In this document: positions 1 to 9,391 of the stretch, in pieces
Numbering within the stretch: the stretch's first letter is position 1
How the letters are laid out: each line of letters opens with the position of its first letter
Origin: Thermoplasmatales archaeon SW_10_69_26
GTDB lineage: Archaea > Thermoplasmatota > SW-10-69-26
Assembly: GCA_003009755.1 (NCBI GenBank)
Contig: PXUB01000043.1
Coordinates: forward strand, 1-64,000
Length of the DNA: 64,000 nt
Direction: 5' to 3'
Translations under genes and position numbers: made by a program
The notes under the pieces: generated by a model
The model's input: only the letters and a program-made list of their open reading frames with translations
Databases searched by the model: none
What the model was told of the DNA's origin: nothing

Positions 1-2
1 TC

Positions 3-164
3 TGCCAAGGGACGGTCTGGGCCGCGCAGAACACCACCGACGGCTGGCGCTCGGACGTCGTGTTGGAGACCGACCACCGGATCCCGTCGTTCGGCGTGGA
101 CGAGGCCGGCGAGGTGTCGATCGTCACGCACGATGGGACCGTGCAGCGGATCGTCGAGGGGTGA
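3..164 (+). CDS. 3' end of a PQQ-dependent glucose/sorbosone dehydrogenase-like protein (partial)
   Basis: Frame 3 reads CQGTVWAA...IPSFGVDEAGEVSIVTHDGTVQRI*, matching the typical C-terminus of this beta-propeller family (D-CSGxIW...SFGxDxxGE). Confidence 0.65.
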   Translation, partial: CQGTVWAAQNTTDGWRSDVVLETDHRIPSFGVDEAGEVSIVTHDGTVQRIVEG

Positions 165-229
165 TAGTCCAGACTGGACTAATACTGGCCCCCTCAGGGG
201 ATCTTTCTCTCCTCGCCCCCGTGTCTGAG

Positions 230-1345
230 CTAATCTTGCCCCAGCTCACCCAGCTTTTGTTGGATCCCTTTAGGTCCATCTCCGCCGGGGACAGCGTCTT
301 CACCCACTCCCAGATGTTCCCGGCAGTAGAAATCAGCGAGGGCTCGACCGCACTCCTTCTGTACTTTCAGTTCATCCTTCCCTTTTTGATGATGTTGACG
401 GTGGCCGTAGAGCTGGGTTAGATAACGATACTCGACAACATAATCACTGCCGTCCTCCCGAGCTAGCCCGGCCGCTGACAGGAATTCTAACGCACTCCTC
501 ACCCAGGAAACACGCACTGCGTCCCCTTCGAGATACCAGTCATTTAGTCTGTCAGCCAGATCCTCTGGTGTTACGTCAACCTCCATGGTCTTCTGGGGGT
601 TTTGGAGGCGCCAAGTTTCGCGCTGTTCTTCGGTCAAAAGATCGTAGAAGATCCGCGTCCAAAGATGAACGGCCATATAGAGAGGGGGCGGCTCATCATT
701 ACAAAGAACCTCCTTGGCCTTCGTTTCAACGAAGTGCTTTGGATAGACCTCAATGGCTTCACGATCATTGACCAGGATTTTTTCTAAGCTCTTCTCCCTT
801 GGTAGAGTTTCATCTTGGAAGGAGGCATCCTGTCCTGGGACGATCCGGAAAACATAACGTGATTTGACTGAGGAGCTATCGTACGAGGCGTCCACTACAT
901 TTAGGGCTCCATCTAGGTCCACCCCGTTCTCCTCTACATATGAGACAATACGGTCCGTGATTTGGTAAGCTGCTCCTGGGTCGAAGAGGAGCAGAAGCAT
1001 GTCTTGACTCTCGGGGGTACCGAACTGGGTTTCAGACTGACGGAGAGACAGGGTTTGGTCATATTTAACCAGCTGCTCTATCTCCGTCTCTAGGCCCTTC
1101 TTGCTCTGTGGAAAGGTCCGTTTAATCTCCCCTATAATTCCATAACTGCCAAAGTTAATCGTGAAGTCAGGCGTTAGTCCAGTGTCTGGGTCCTCCGGGT
1201 AACGATCAAAATAGGCATCGTCTCCAAAGCTATAATTTATGAAGGATTGCCAGCAAGAGACTATATCGACCGTTTGATCATATTCACGAAAGGCCTTCCG
1301 GAGTTCGTCAACGCATGAATGGAAGGCCTCCGCTTCCTCCGGCAT
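230..1345 (-). CDS. Hypothetical protein with an N-terminal PD-(D/E)xK nuclease-like motif
   Basis: 371-aa ORF; TPDFTINFGSYGIIGEIKR fits PD...ExK; visibly lower GC than the flanks; 5 nt downstream of its partner gene. Confidence 0.6.
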   Translation of the reverse strand: MPEEAEAFHSCVDELRKAFREYDQTVDIVSCWQSFINYSFGDDAYFDRYPEDPDTGLTPDFTINFGSYGIIGEIKRTFPQSKKGLETEIEQLVKYDQTLSLRQSETQFGTPESQDMLLLLFDPGAAYQITDRIVSYVEENGVDLDGALNVVDASYDSSSVKSRYVFRIVPGQDASFQDETLPREKSLEKILVNDREAIEVYPKHFVETKAKEVLCNDEPPPLYMAVHLWTRIFYDLLTEEQRETWRLQNPQKTMEVDVTPEDLADRLNDWYLEGDAVRVSWVRSALEFLSAAGLAREDGSDYVVEYRYLTQLYGHRQHHQKGKDELKVQKECGRALADFYCREHLGVGEDAVPGGDGPKGIQQKLGELGQD

Positions 1346-1350
1346 GGTAA

Positions 1351-2463
1351 TCAGGCCGTGGAAAGGAAATCTTCCATTTCGTAATCTGAATGGTCTGGTT
1401 CTTCAACCGAGCCTTCTTGGAATTCCTTGAAGATCCCCTCCAGAAGTCTTGAGAAGGAGTAGAGGGACCCCTTGAAATTGGGGAGGATTGAAAGGCGGTC
1501 GCGGTCTGTCACAAAGACTTCGAATGATGACCCATCATTTAGATCCAGAAACGAAGCATGGAGATAGGGGTTCTCGTGGAAGACGGCAAGGGATCCGCGT
1601 GAAAGGGAAGAGAGGGCCTCTATGAGGCGCTGGTTGTCCCCCTCTTCTTCGAGCGCTGGTTGCTCAAATACAACCTCTATGGGCCGCGCTTCTTCTGAGG
1701 ATGCACTCCTTGCGCGGTTGCGAAGAAGGTCCGCCTTCTCCTGTGAGGCTGCCGCCAGTCGAGGGAGGAAAAGAGACTGTAGTAATGAGGCGTTCCCTCC
1801 GTAGAAATACGACGTGCCGTCCCGGGAAAGGAAGGCATGAAGGCTGTCCGGTCCCTCCAGGGTAAATTCGACCTTATCAACATACATCCGTTGCGCTTGA
1901 GCTGTGTTAAAGAGGTCTCTGAAGGGTCTCTTCTTGAAGGTAATCTCGCCTTCTTCGTCATGGGAATAGAGTACTGCTTTCTGGACCGTTAATTGCCCGT
2001 CTGCTTGATTCTCCAGTTCAGCGAGTAGCTCTCGGAGTTCCTCAGATGTAGAGTATGCTGGGGTCGCGTGGGGTCGATACTGGTCAAGGAAACGAATCAG
2101 ACCCTTTTCGAAGAAATCGCGGTCCTCGCTGGTAAATGCGGTCCAGATGTTGTCTTCTTGGTTTTTGAAGAATCCAAAATGTCCCTGGACGTACCGCTCT
2201 CCCCGGCGGAGATCCTCTCGCTTGATTGTGCGGATGAGTTCCACAGTATAAAGCCCTTCATGACTTTTGGTTGAGAGTTCGAAGCCTTTCGGTGTCCAAG
2301 ACTCTACCAGGTCGTCAAAAGGCCGGTCACAAGTGAAGGTTCGAAACCAAGACTTGTAATTTTTTTCTCTTTTGGCTAGCGCGGTAAACGCTCTCCATAT
2401 ATTCGCTTGATTGAGATCCTCAAGCTCCGGATTCAAATGCTGGAGGACCTCAAGCTCCCGCAT
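1351..2463 (-). CDS. Hypothetical protein, first gene of a low-GC two-gene cassette
   Basis: 370-aa ORF with ATG start and globular composition; operon-like spacing with 230..1345. Confidence 0.7.
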   Translation of the reverse strand: MRELEVLQHLNPELEDLNQANIWRAFTALAKREKNYKSWFRTFTCDRPFDDLVESWTPKGFELSTKSHEGLYTVELIRTIKREDLRRGERYVQGHFGFFKNQEDNIWTAFTSEDRDFFEKGLIRFLDQYRPHATPAYSTSEELRELLAELENQADGQLTVQKAVLYSHDEEGEITFKKRPFRDLFNTAQAQRMYVDKVEFTLEGPDSLHAFLSRDGTSYFYGGNASLLQSLFLPRLAAASQEKADLLRNRARSASSEEARPIEVVFEQPALEEEGDNQRLIEALSSLSRGSLAVFHENPYLHASFLDLNDGSSFEVFVTDRDRLSILPNFKGSLYSFSRLLEGIFKEFQEGSVEEPDHSDYEMEDFLSTA

Positions 2464-2538
2464 CTACGGGCCCTTTACTCGGTTATTCGGTATCATTCTA
2501 TGGGTGGACCGTGTGAACGTAGGTCGGCCACCTTTCGT

Positions 2539-4485
2539 TCAGGCGTGCTCGAGCCGTGGGACGGCGTTGGCCTGTGCCCGTCGGTTCTCGACCTCGTCGG
2601 CGAGCATCTCGGCGAAATCGGCGATGTCGACATCGTCCAGGGTGCGTTCCTCGTGGTCGCGCAGGCTGACCGTGCCGGCCTCGGCCTCGTCGTCGCCCAC
2701 GATCATCATGTAGGGCACGTTGTCGTCGTGGCCGCGGCGGATCTTGTTGCCGATCGTCTCCGAGCGGTCGGCCACCTCGACCCGGAACTCGCCCAGCTCG
2801 TCGGCGACCTCGTGGGCGTAGTCGACGTGGTCGTCGCTGATCGGCAGCACGCGGGCCTGCTCGGGGGCCAGCCAGGGCGGGAAGTTGCCGCCGAAGTGCT
2901 CGATGACGACGGCCATGAACCGCTCGAAGCTGCCCAGGAAGGCGCGGTGGATCATGATCGGGCGGTGGAACTCGTCGTCCTCGCCGCGATAGGTGAGATC
3001 CAGTCGCTCGGGCAGGTTGTAGTCGAGCTGGATCGTGGGGCCATCCCACTCGCGGCCGAGGGCGTCGACCATCTTCATGTCGATCTTGGGGCCGTAGAAG
3101 GCCGCGTCCTCGGGCTCGAGCTCCCAGTCGAGGTCGCTGTCCTCGAGCACCTGCCGCAGCGTGGCCTCGCTGTCCTCCCAGATCTCGTCGCTGCCGATGG
3201 ACTTGTCCGGGTTCTTCGTGGCCAGCGCGACGCGCGCCTCCATGTCGAACACGTCGAGGATGTGGATCGCGGTCTCCAGCAGCTGGGTGACCTCGTCCTC
3301 GATCTGGTCGGGCCGGCAGAAGACGTGCCCGTCGTCCTGCGTGAAGCCCCACACGCGCAACAGGCCGGACAGCTCGCCGTGCTGTTCCTTGCGGTAGACG
3401 GTCCCGTGCTCGCAGTAGCGGATCGGCAGGTCGCGGTAGCTGCGGGTCTCGCGGTCGTAGATGAGGGAGTGCGCCGGGCAGTTCATCGGCTTGAGCGCGA
3501 ACTCGCGCTCGCCCTGCTCCCAGTGGAACATGTCGTCGATGTAGTTCTCGTAGTGCCCGGTCTTCTGCCACAGCTCGGTCCGGTAGAGGTGGGGGCTGCG
3601 GACGTACTCGTGGCCGATCTCGGCGTTGATCTCCTCGGCGAAGCTCTCCAGCTCCCGGTAGATCGCGGTGCCCTCGGGCCCGAACAGCGGAAGGCCGGGG
3701 CCGACGAGCTCCTCGGTCTGGAAGATCCCCATCTCTTGGCCGATCTTGCGGTGGTCGCGCTCCTTGGCCTTGCGGCGCTTCTCGAGGAAGTCCTCCAGCT
3801 CGTCCTCGGTCGGGAACGCCGTCCCGTACACGCGGGTCAGGGTTTCCCGGTCCTCGTCACCGCGCCAGTAGGCGCTGGAGACCTGCAGGAGCTTGAAGGC
3901 GCCGATCTCGCCGGTCGAGGCGACGTGGGGTCCCTTGCACAGATCCTCGAACTCGGCCTGCTGGTAGAAGCTGACCTCCTCCTCGCCGGCCGCCTCGTTC
4001 TCGAGGATCTCCCGCTTGAACGGGTTGTCCTCGTAGTACTCCTCGGCCTCCGTGCGCTTCATGGAGAAGCGCTCGACCGGATGGTCGGCGTCGACGATGT
4101 CCGCCATCTCCTCCTCGATCCGGTCCAGGTCCTCGCGGTCGAGGTCGGCCTCGGCGATGTCGTAGTAGAAGCCCTCGTCGGTCCAGGGCCCGATCGTCAG
4201 CTTGGCCTCGGGGAAGTGCCGGAGAAGAGCTTGCGCGAAAGCGTGCGCGCACGTGTGGCGTAGCGCATCGAGGTACTCGTCGTCGCTTTCGGTGACGATC
4301 CGCAGCCGGCTCTCGTCCTGGACAGGCTCCTCCTTGGCGACGAGTTCACCGTCGAGCTCGCCGGCCACCGTGTCCCGGCCCAGGCCCTCGCCGATCTCGT
4401 AGGCGACGTCCTCGACCGTGGAACCCTCGGGGACCTCGAGCGTCGAATCGTCGGGTAGGCGGATCGTGATTGCCAAGGCGATCAC
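2539..4485 (-). CDS. thrS: Threonine--tRNA ligase (bacterial-type, with TGS and editing domains)
   Basis: [63 protein letters not shown]; start could be TTG at 4476. Confidence 0.97.
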   Translation of the reverse strand: MIALAITIRLPDDSTLEVPEGSTVEDVAYEIGEGLGRDTVAGELDGELVAKEEPVQDESRLRIVTESDDEYLDALRHTCAHAFAQALLRHFPEAKLTIGPWTDEGFYYDIAEADLDREDLDRIEEEMADIVDADHPVERFSMKRTEAEEYYEDNPFKREILENEAAGEEEVSFYQQAEFEDLCKGPHVASTGEIGAFKLLQVSSAYWRGDEDRETLTRVYGTAFPTEDELEDFLEKRRKAKERDHRKIGQEMGIFQTEELVGPGLPLFGPEGTAIYRELESFAEEINAEIGHEYVRSPHLYRTELWQKTGHYENYIDDMFHWEQGEREFALKPMNCPAHSLIYDRETRSYRDLPIRYCEHGTVYRKEQHGELSGLLRVWGFTQDDGHVFCRPDQIEDEVTQLLETAIHILDVFDMEARVALATKNPDKSIGSDEIWEDSEATLRQVLEDSDLDWELEPEDAAFYGPKIDMKMVDALGREWDGPTIQLDYNLPERLDLTYRGEDDEFHRPIMIHRAFLGSFERFMAVVIEHFGGNFPPWLAPEQARVLPISDDHVDYAHEVADELGEFRVEVADRSETIGNKIRRGHDDNVPYMMIVGDDEAEAGTVSLRDHEERTLDDVDIADFAEMLADEVENRRAQANAVPRLEHA

Positions 4486-4951
4486 CGCACCCCGCGTCGG
4501 GGCAGCCTCCCAGCACGCGGTCCGGGAAATAAACCATCGGGTCGGGGCCGGAGTCCGCTGGCGGGGCAGCCGGCAGCTCCTTGCCCGAACAGCCCGCTCG
4601 GCCGGCGATGAATCGCGTCCTGCTGGATGCCGAGTCCGACCCCTCCTGCGAGGTCCGCGATGGATGGATCCAGCCTCAGCGTGTCCCGGGTCGACGACGG
4701 GGGGCTGACCCCCTTCGAAGCCGGCGAGGTCCCCCGGCGCTGGGCCTGCTCGTGGGGGCTCGCGGGGCCGGGGATCCCCCGGCGGGCAGCTAAAAGCTGG
4801 CCGCGCGCTGCCTGTCCGAGGACCCCTGCCAGGTGCACGCCCACGGCGAGGCCCACGGAGGCTCGTTCCCAGTGGCTAGGCCCGCGGCTGGGACCGTCTT
4901 CCGGTGAAAGGGTCTTAAGCACCCAGGGTTTTGCCGTGGTCAAGAGCCACG

Positions 4952-5851
4952 ATGTCCGACTACCAAGTGTTCCTCAACGGCGAGTTCGTCCCCGAGGACG
5001 AGGCCAAGATCAGCGTCTTCGACCACGGCTTCCTGTACGGGGACGGATGCTTCGAGGGGATCCGCGCCTACGAGGGGAACGTGTTCAAGCTCGACGAGCA
5101 CTTGGATCGGTTCTACACCTCGGCCAAGGCGCTCGACCTCACGCCGCCCTACGAGCAGGCTGAGATGAAGGACCTCGTCCTCGAGGCCTGCCGGGTCAAC
5201 GAGCTCGAGGACGCCTACATCCGGCCGATCTACTCCCGCGGCGTCGGCGACCTCGGCCTCGACCCCCGCAAGTGCGACGAGGTCACGACGGTCATCATCG
5301 CCCGCGAGTTCCCCCGTCTGTACGGCCCCGAGCTCTACGAGGAGGGCCTCTCGATCGCGACCGTCTCCACGCGTCGCAACCCGCCCGAGTGCCTGTCGCC
5401 GAACATCAAGTCGATGAACTACCTCAACAACATCCTCGGCAAGATCGAGGCCAACCAGCTCGGCGTCGACGAGGGCCTCATGCTCGACACAAAGGGCTTC
5501 GTGAGCGAGGCCACCGCGGACAACTTCTTCATCGTGGACGACGGCGAGGTCGTCACGCCGCCCTACCACAACAGCCTGCGTGGCATCACCCGCCAGTCCG
5601 CCATGGACGTCGCCGAGCGCGAGGGCCTGCCGGTCACCGAGAAGCCGATCACGCAGTTCGACGTCTACGCCGCCGACGAGGCCTTCATGACGGGCACGGC
5701 GGCCGAGATCGCGCCGATCGTCGAGGTCGACGGCCGCGAGATCGGCGACGGCAACCCCGGCGAGATCACCAAGCAGCTCATGGACGCCTTCGAGAAGGTC
5801 ACCCGGACCGAGGGCACCCCGATCTACCCGAAGGAAACCGTCGAGGCCTAG
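4952..5851 (+). CDS. ilvE: Branched-chain amino acid aminotransferase
   Basis: [45 protein letters not shown]; TATA-like CTTAAG at about 4914. Confidence 0.95.
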   Translation: MSDYQVFLNGEFVPEDEAKISVFDHGFLYGDGCFEGIRAYEGNVFKLDEHLDRFYTSAKALDLTPPYEQAEMKDLVLEACRVNELEDAYIRPIYSRGVGDLGLDPRKCDEVTTVIIAREFPRLYGPELYEEGLSIATVSTRRNPPECLSPNIKSMNYLNNILGKIEANQLGVDEGLMLDTKGFVSEATADNFFIVDDGEVVTPPYHNSLRGITRQSAMDVAEREGLPVTEKPITQFDVYAADEAFMTGTAAEIAPIVEVDGREIGDGNPGEITKQLMDAFEKVTRTEGTPIYPKETVEA

Positions 5852-6006
5852 CCGGTTCGCCGCCTTCGGGTAGCCAGCCCCCTCAGCCCAGGTCGCCTCA
5901 GCCACCGGCTCGCGGCGACCGAGCAGCATGGTCCCACGGCTGGGAGGTCCAGAGATGAGGAGAAGAGAGGCGAGGCCCGCGAGGGCCTCAATGGAGATCT
6001 CTCGGC

Positions 6007-6429
6007 CTACTGGCAGTGGCCGACGGTGACGCGGACCGAGGTCTCGCCGGCCTCGACCGTCTCGTCGACGAAGCACGGCGGCGGGATCGGCGAGCCCGTC
6101 GTCGCGAGCGTCACGTCGCAGTCGTCGGCGCCGGGAACCTCGCCGAAGCTGCAGGCAACCGGACCCACCTCACAGTTGGGCGGGTACTGCAGGTCGCAGA
6201 CCGGACCGGTCTCCGCCTCGCAGTCGTCCGCGGCGGGCGTGTGCCCGAAGTTGCAGTCGACCGGGCCGACGCTACACTGCGGAGGGTCCTGCAGGTCGCA
6301 GACCTCCTTCGCCTCGTCGCTGACGTCGACCGTCGCGTCCGTCGTCGGTTCGTCGACGGCGGCGGAGGCCGGGGTCACCATCAGTCCAAGCGCAACAACG
6401 ACTCCCAGGATCATAGCAGCCTTCTTCAT
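6007..6429 (-). CDS. Secreted Cys-rich protein with two ~34-aa repeats
   Basis: Signal peptide MKKAAMILGVVVALGLMVTPASA; VCDLQxPPxCxVGPVxCxFGxxPxADDC occurs twice. Confidence 0.8.
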   Translation of the reverse strand: MKKAAMILGVVVALGLMVTPASAAVDEPTTDATVDVSDEAKEVCDLQDPPQCSVGPVDCNFGHTPAADDCEAETGPVCDLQYPPNCEVGPVACSFGEVPGADDCDVTLATTGSPIPPPCFVDETVEAGETSVRVTVGHCQ

Positions 6430-6563
6430 CTTCGATCACTGGAGCCCGTCAGGGCCCGGCCGGTGAATCCAGGCCGCCGGGGAAAGGTTTCCGCCTTGCC
6501 GCCACCGCCGGCCCGGTAACCCAAACGGCGAGGTTCTAAACGTGTCTCAGTTGGGGGGGGGGC

Positions 6564-7166
6564 TCAGAAGAACCAGAGGATGCCCTCGGTGCCGAAGGCC
6601 AACGCTGCCACGCGGATCATCGTGCCGCCGACGCTGGCCATGTAGGTGACGGGATCCGGCAGATCGATGAGCTTGCCGATCGCGATCCCGGAGAACGAGC
6701 CGGTCGTCGGGATCGGGATCGTGATGAACAGGGCCAGGCCGGGTCCGCTGGCCACACGCAACCAGGGGAACCGCTTCCAGAGGCTGTGGGCGCGTTCGCG
6801 GGTCTTCTCCACGCGACGTTCGACCCAGCCGAACCGGACCAGGTGGTCGATGTTCCAGACCCAGAACATCGTCAACCAGAGGTCGAAGTAAGTGACGAGG
6901 GCGATCACCCACAGCGGGTCGAGGCCGAGCAGCGAGACGCCGGCCAGCGGGCCCGCGTCGATCCCGCCCGGCACGAGGTAGATCGCGATGAAGGTGAACA
7001 CGTTGCGCCGCAGCTCGGGTTCCAGCGCCAGCAACAGCACCGCCACGCCCGCGAGCACGCCGGCGACGGGGAGCCCGATCTTGGACAGCGCCCGCCACCC
7101 GGTCGGCGGTTCGATCGGTTCCAAGCGGCCAAGCCGGCCGCGTTCGTCACCGTCGGTGGCGGACAC
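6564..7166 (-). CDS. Small multidrug export-like membrane protein
   Basis: Several TM helices; GLALFITIPIPTTGSFSG resembles the GLxxFVxIPLPxTGxWTG family motif. Confidence 0.7.
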   Translation of the reverse strand: MSATDGDERGRLGRLEPIEPPTGWRALSKIGLPVAGVLAGVAVLLLALEPELRRNVFTFIAIYLVPGGIDAGPLAGVSLLGLDPLWVIALVTYFDLWLTMFWVWNIDHLVRFGWVERRVEKTRERAHSLWKRFPWLRVASGPGLALFITIPIPTTGSFSGIAIGKLIDLPDPVTYMASVGGTMIRVAALAFGTEGILWFF

Positions 7167-7619
7167 GTGCGCTCACGTCCGGCAACGGCCCGATCCCTAA
7201 GGGCTTTCAGGCTGACGGTGGGCGTGGAGCCCAACAGGCCCCCCTGCGGTTTGGAGTGGGCCTGGGCGGGGGCGCGTCCGTCCCCACGTCCTTCCTCCCC
7301 CCCCCAACACACCTGCGCCCCCGCCCACCTCCCTTCGTTCGACTCTTGTACGGAACCGTACACGTCCGCTGGGGCAAACTTGAAGACGAACCGTGAGAAA
7401 GTAACGGTGCTGTCCGGCCCCGGTTGGCCGGCTTCCCACCACGTAGGCGGCCCGGGAGCCCTCTCGCCTCCCAAGCCTCCCAACAGCCTCCCAAGCCTCC
7501 TGACATGGCCCCTGGGCCGCCTCGACCCTTCCTTCTCACATCGACTCCCTCAGGGCTCCCATCGCGAGAACCTCGCCAGCGCGCGCTGGCGGTGTCGCGC
7601 TGCGTCGGAAGCCCGCAGG

Positions 7620-7965
7620 GGGATTCCTTCCTCGCGCTCCTTGCCAGCAGTGAAGATGGGCGGCGTCGATCTTGCGTGCCCGGCCTCGTCCAGTCGTTCG
7701 GGCGGGCCTCCTTCCTCGTCTGCTGGTCCCCGACGCCTCAGACTTGGTGCGGTGGACCCGCAACCTGGCTCGGTCCGCCCCCTCGGTCGTCGATGTTCGG
7801 CGGCCTCGCGACAGCCTCTCGATCGGGTATCCCTGCGGGCGCGATCGGTGCGCAGCCTGGCTCGGGGTTCGACCGTCCTGCATCAGCGGGCGGGGCCGGA
7901 AGGTATTTGTAGGGCGTATCGGCCGCTGTCTCGTAGACGATGATTGCTGCGGGGAGACCCGCGGT
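7620..7965 (+). repeat. Dispersed intergenic repeat family A, copy 1
   Basis: 7769-7799 is identical to 33112-33142 (31 nt); 7923-7965 is identical to 33319-33361 (43 nt). Confidence 0.85.
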
Positions 7966-8047
7966 AGCCTCCTCTGCATCCCCGACACCCGCAGCCCAGT
8001 CTCTCGCTCGACAGCGTGGACTGGACTGTGGCCAGCCGATCCGGCGG

Positions 8048-8884
8048 TCAGGGTCCGTCCTCGCCGTCGTCGACGCGGGTCTGGGGCTCCTCGTTGGCGA
8101 GGAAGCGCGTGGTGGCCTCGACGAGCGGGTGCTGGCCCTGATCGAGAATCTCGACGTCGCTGAGCGAGGACAGGCCGGCGGCGCGGGCGTTGCGCTCGAG
8201 GCCGAGCTCGATGTCGCGGTCGAGCTGGAGCACGTAGGCGTCGAGGTTGCGTTTGTCCATGCGCAGGGCTGCGATCACGCGGTGGTGGCCGTCGACGAGG
8301 ATCGGCTGGGGTTCCTTGTCGATCACGAGGATCGGCTCGGCCAGGCCTCGCAGCAGCTCCAGCCGGCGGCCCTCGAGCTCGTCGCCGTAGATCCGCTTCT
8401 GCGTCGGCAACAGTCCCCGCACGGAGACGGGGCGCTCGACGACGTCGATGTCGACGTCGTAGAGGTTCTGGAGCGTGGTCCGCAGCTTCTCCATCTTGGA
8501 GGGCGTGACGCGCTCGATCTGACCGCGGATGACGTCCGTCGTCGAGATGACGCCGACCATCAGGCCTTGGTCGTCGACGACCGGTAGCTCCTTGACGCCC
8601 ATGCGGAAGAGGATCCGGGCGGCGTCGTCGAGGGACATCTCGGGGTGGGCGACGACCGTTCCCTTGGCGATCACGGAGCGCAGCGGCTTTTGCCGGTCCT
8701 CGAGGTGCCGCAACAGCTCCTTGGGGGTCACGAACCCGACGAGCCGACGGCCTTGGGCCACGGGGAGCCCGACGTGGCCCTCCCTCGTGATCCGCTCGAT
8801 GGCCTCGTCGACCGTCAGATCCGGGGACAGCGACACGACGTGCTCGGTCATGTAGTCCCGGACGCGCTCCTTCTCGGAGGCCAC
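8048..8884 (-). CDS. CBS-pair + ParB-like domain protein
   Basis: VRDYMTEHVV...GLPV, LPVVDDQGLMVGVISTTD (CBS); LLPTQ...EPILV...LVDGHHR (ParB/Srx); GTG start inferred. Confidence 0.85.
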   Translation of the reverse strand: MASEKERVRDYMTEHVVSLSPDLTVDEAIERITREGHVGLPVAQGRRLVGFVTPKELLRHLEDRQKPLRSVIAKGTVVAHPEMSLDDAARILFRMGVKELPVVDDQGLMVGVISTTDVIRGQIERVTPSKMEKLRTTLQNLYDVDIDVVERPVSVRGLLPTQKRIYGDELEGRRLELLRGLAEPILVIDKEPQPILVDGHHRVIAALRMDKRNLDAYVLQLDRDIELGLERNARAAGLSSLSDVEILDQGQHPLVEATTRFLANEEPQTRVDDGEDGP

Positions 8885-9014
8885 ACGAAGCCCAGCGGGC
8901 GTGCCCGGCAAGTGGCTTTCGCCTGCCGATGCCCGAGCGAAGAGGGGACGTTCCCCGGAGGACCACCCTTGGCGTAAACTATATACACGATAGAGTACAA
9001 GTTCTGGGCAGCGG

Positions 9015-9031
9015 TGTAAAGGATGTTTACA
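9015..9031. promoter_or_regulatory. Palindromic operator candidate TGTAAA-N5-TTTACA overlapping the HTH gene start
   Basis: Perfect 6-bp inverted repeat spanning the ATG at 9023, in an AT-rich divergent promoter region. Confidence 0.45.
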
Positions 9032-9373
9032 GAGTGGTTCGGCGGCGCGCCTCACGCCCGGGTCTTCGACTTCCTGGCAGAGGAGCCCCAGGTCGATTGC
9101 ACGATCACCGACATCAGCCGCGGCGCCGACGTGGCCCGCCCGACCGTGTACAAGGTCATCGACGACTTCCAGGAGCAGGATCTCGTCGTCGAGACCCGTC
9201 AGGTCGGCAACTCCCGGCTGTTCCAGCTCGATCTGGAGAACCGCACCGTGCACGACCTGCTCTGGGTGCTCGAGCCCGAGATCGAGGAGCCAGCCTTCAC
9301 CGACGTCGACCTGGCCGGCCCAGAGGCCGAGGAGGCCCCGCGCGCATCCGGCCGAACGAAGAGGAAGCGGTAG
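9023..9373 (+). CDS. Winged helix-turn-helix transcriptional regulator
   Basis: TITDISRGADVARPTVYKVIDDFQEQDLVVETRQVGNSRLFQL is a wHTH pattern. Confidence 0.85.
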   Translation: MFTEWFGGAPHARVFDFLAEEPQVDCTITDISRGADVARPTVYKVIDDFQEQDLVVETRQVGNSRLFQLDLENRTVHDLLWVLEPEIEEPAFTDVDLAGPEAEEAPRASGRTKRKR

Positions 9374-9391
9374 CGAGGACGAGGTGAGCCC

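Noticed and set aside
4490-4930. Possible T-box or leader RNA upstream of thrS
   Set aside because: No T-box consensus was seen, and the short ORFs here are unsupported.
7466-7500. Short GCCTCCCAA tandem repeats
   Set aside because: Too short and low in complexity to interpret.
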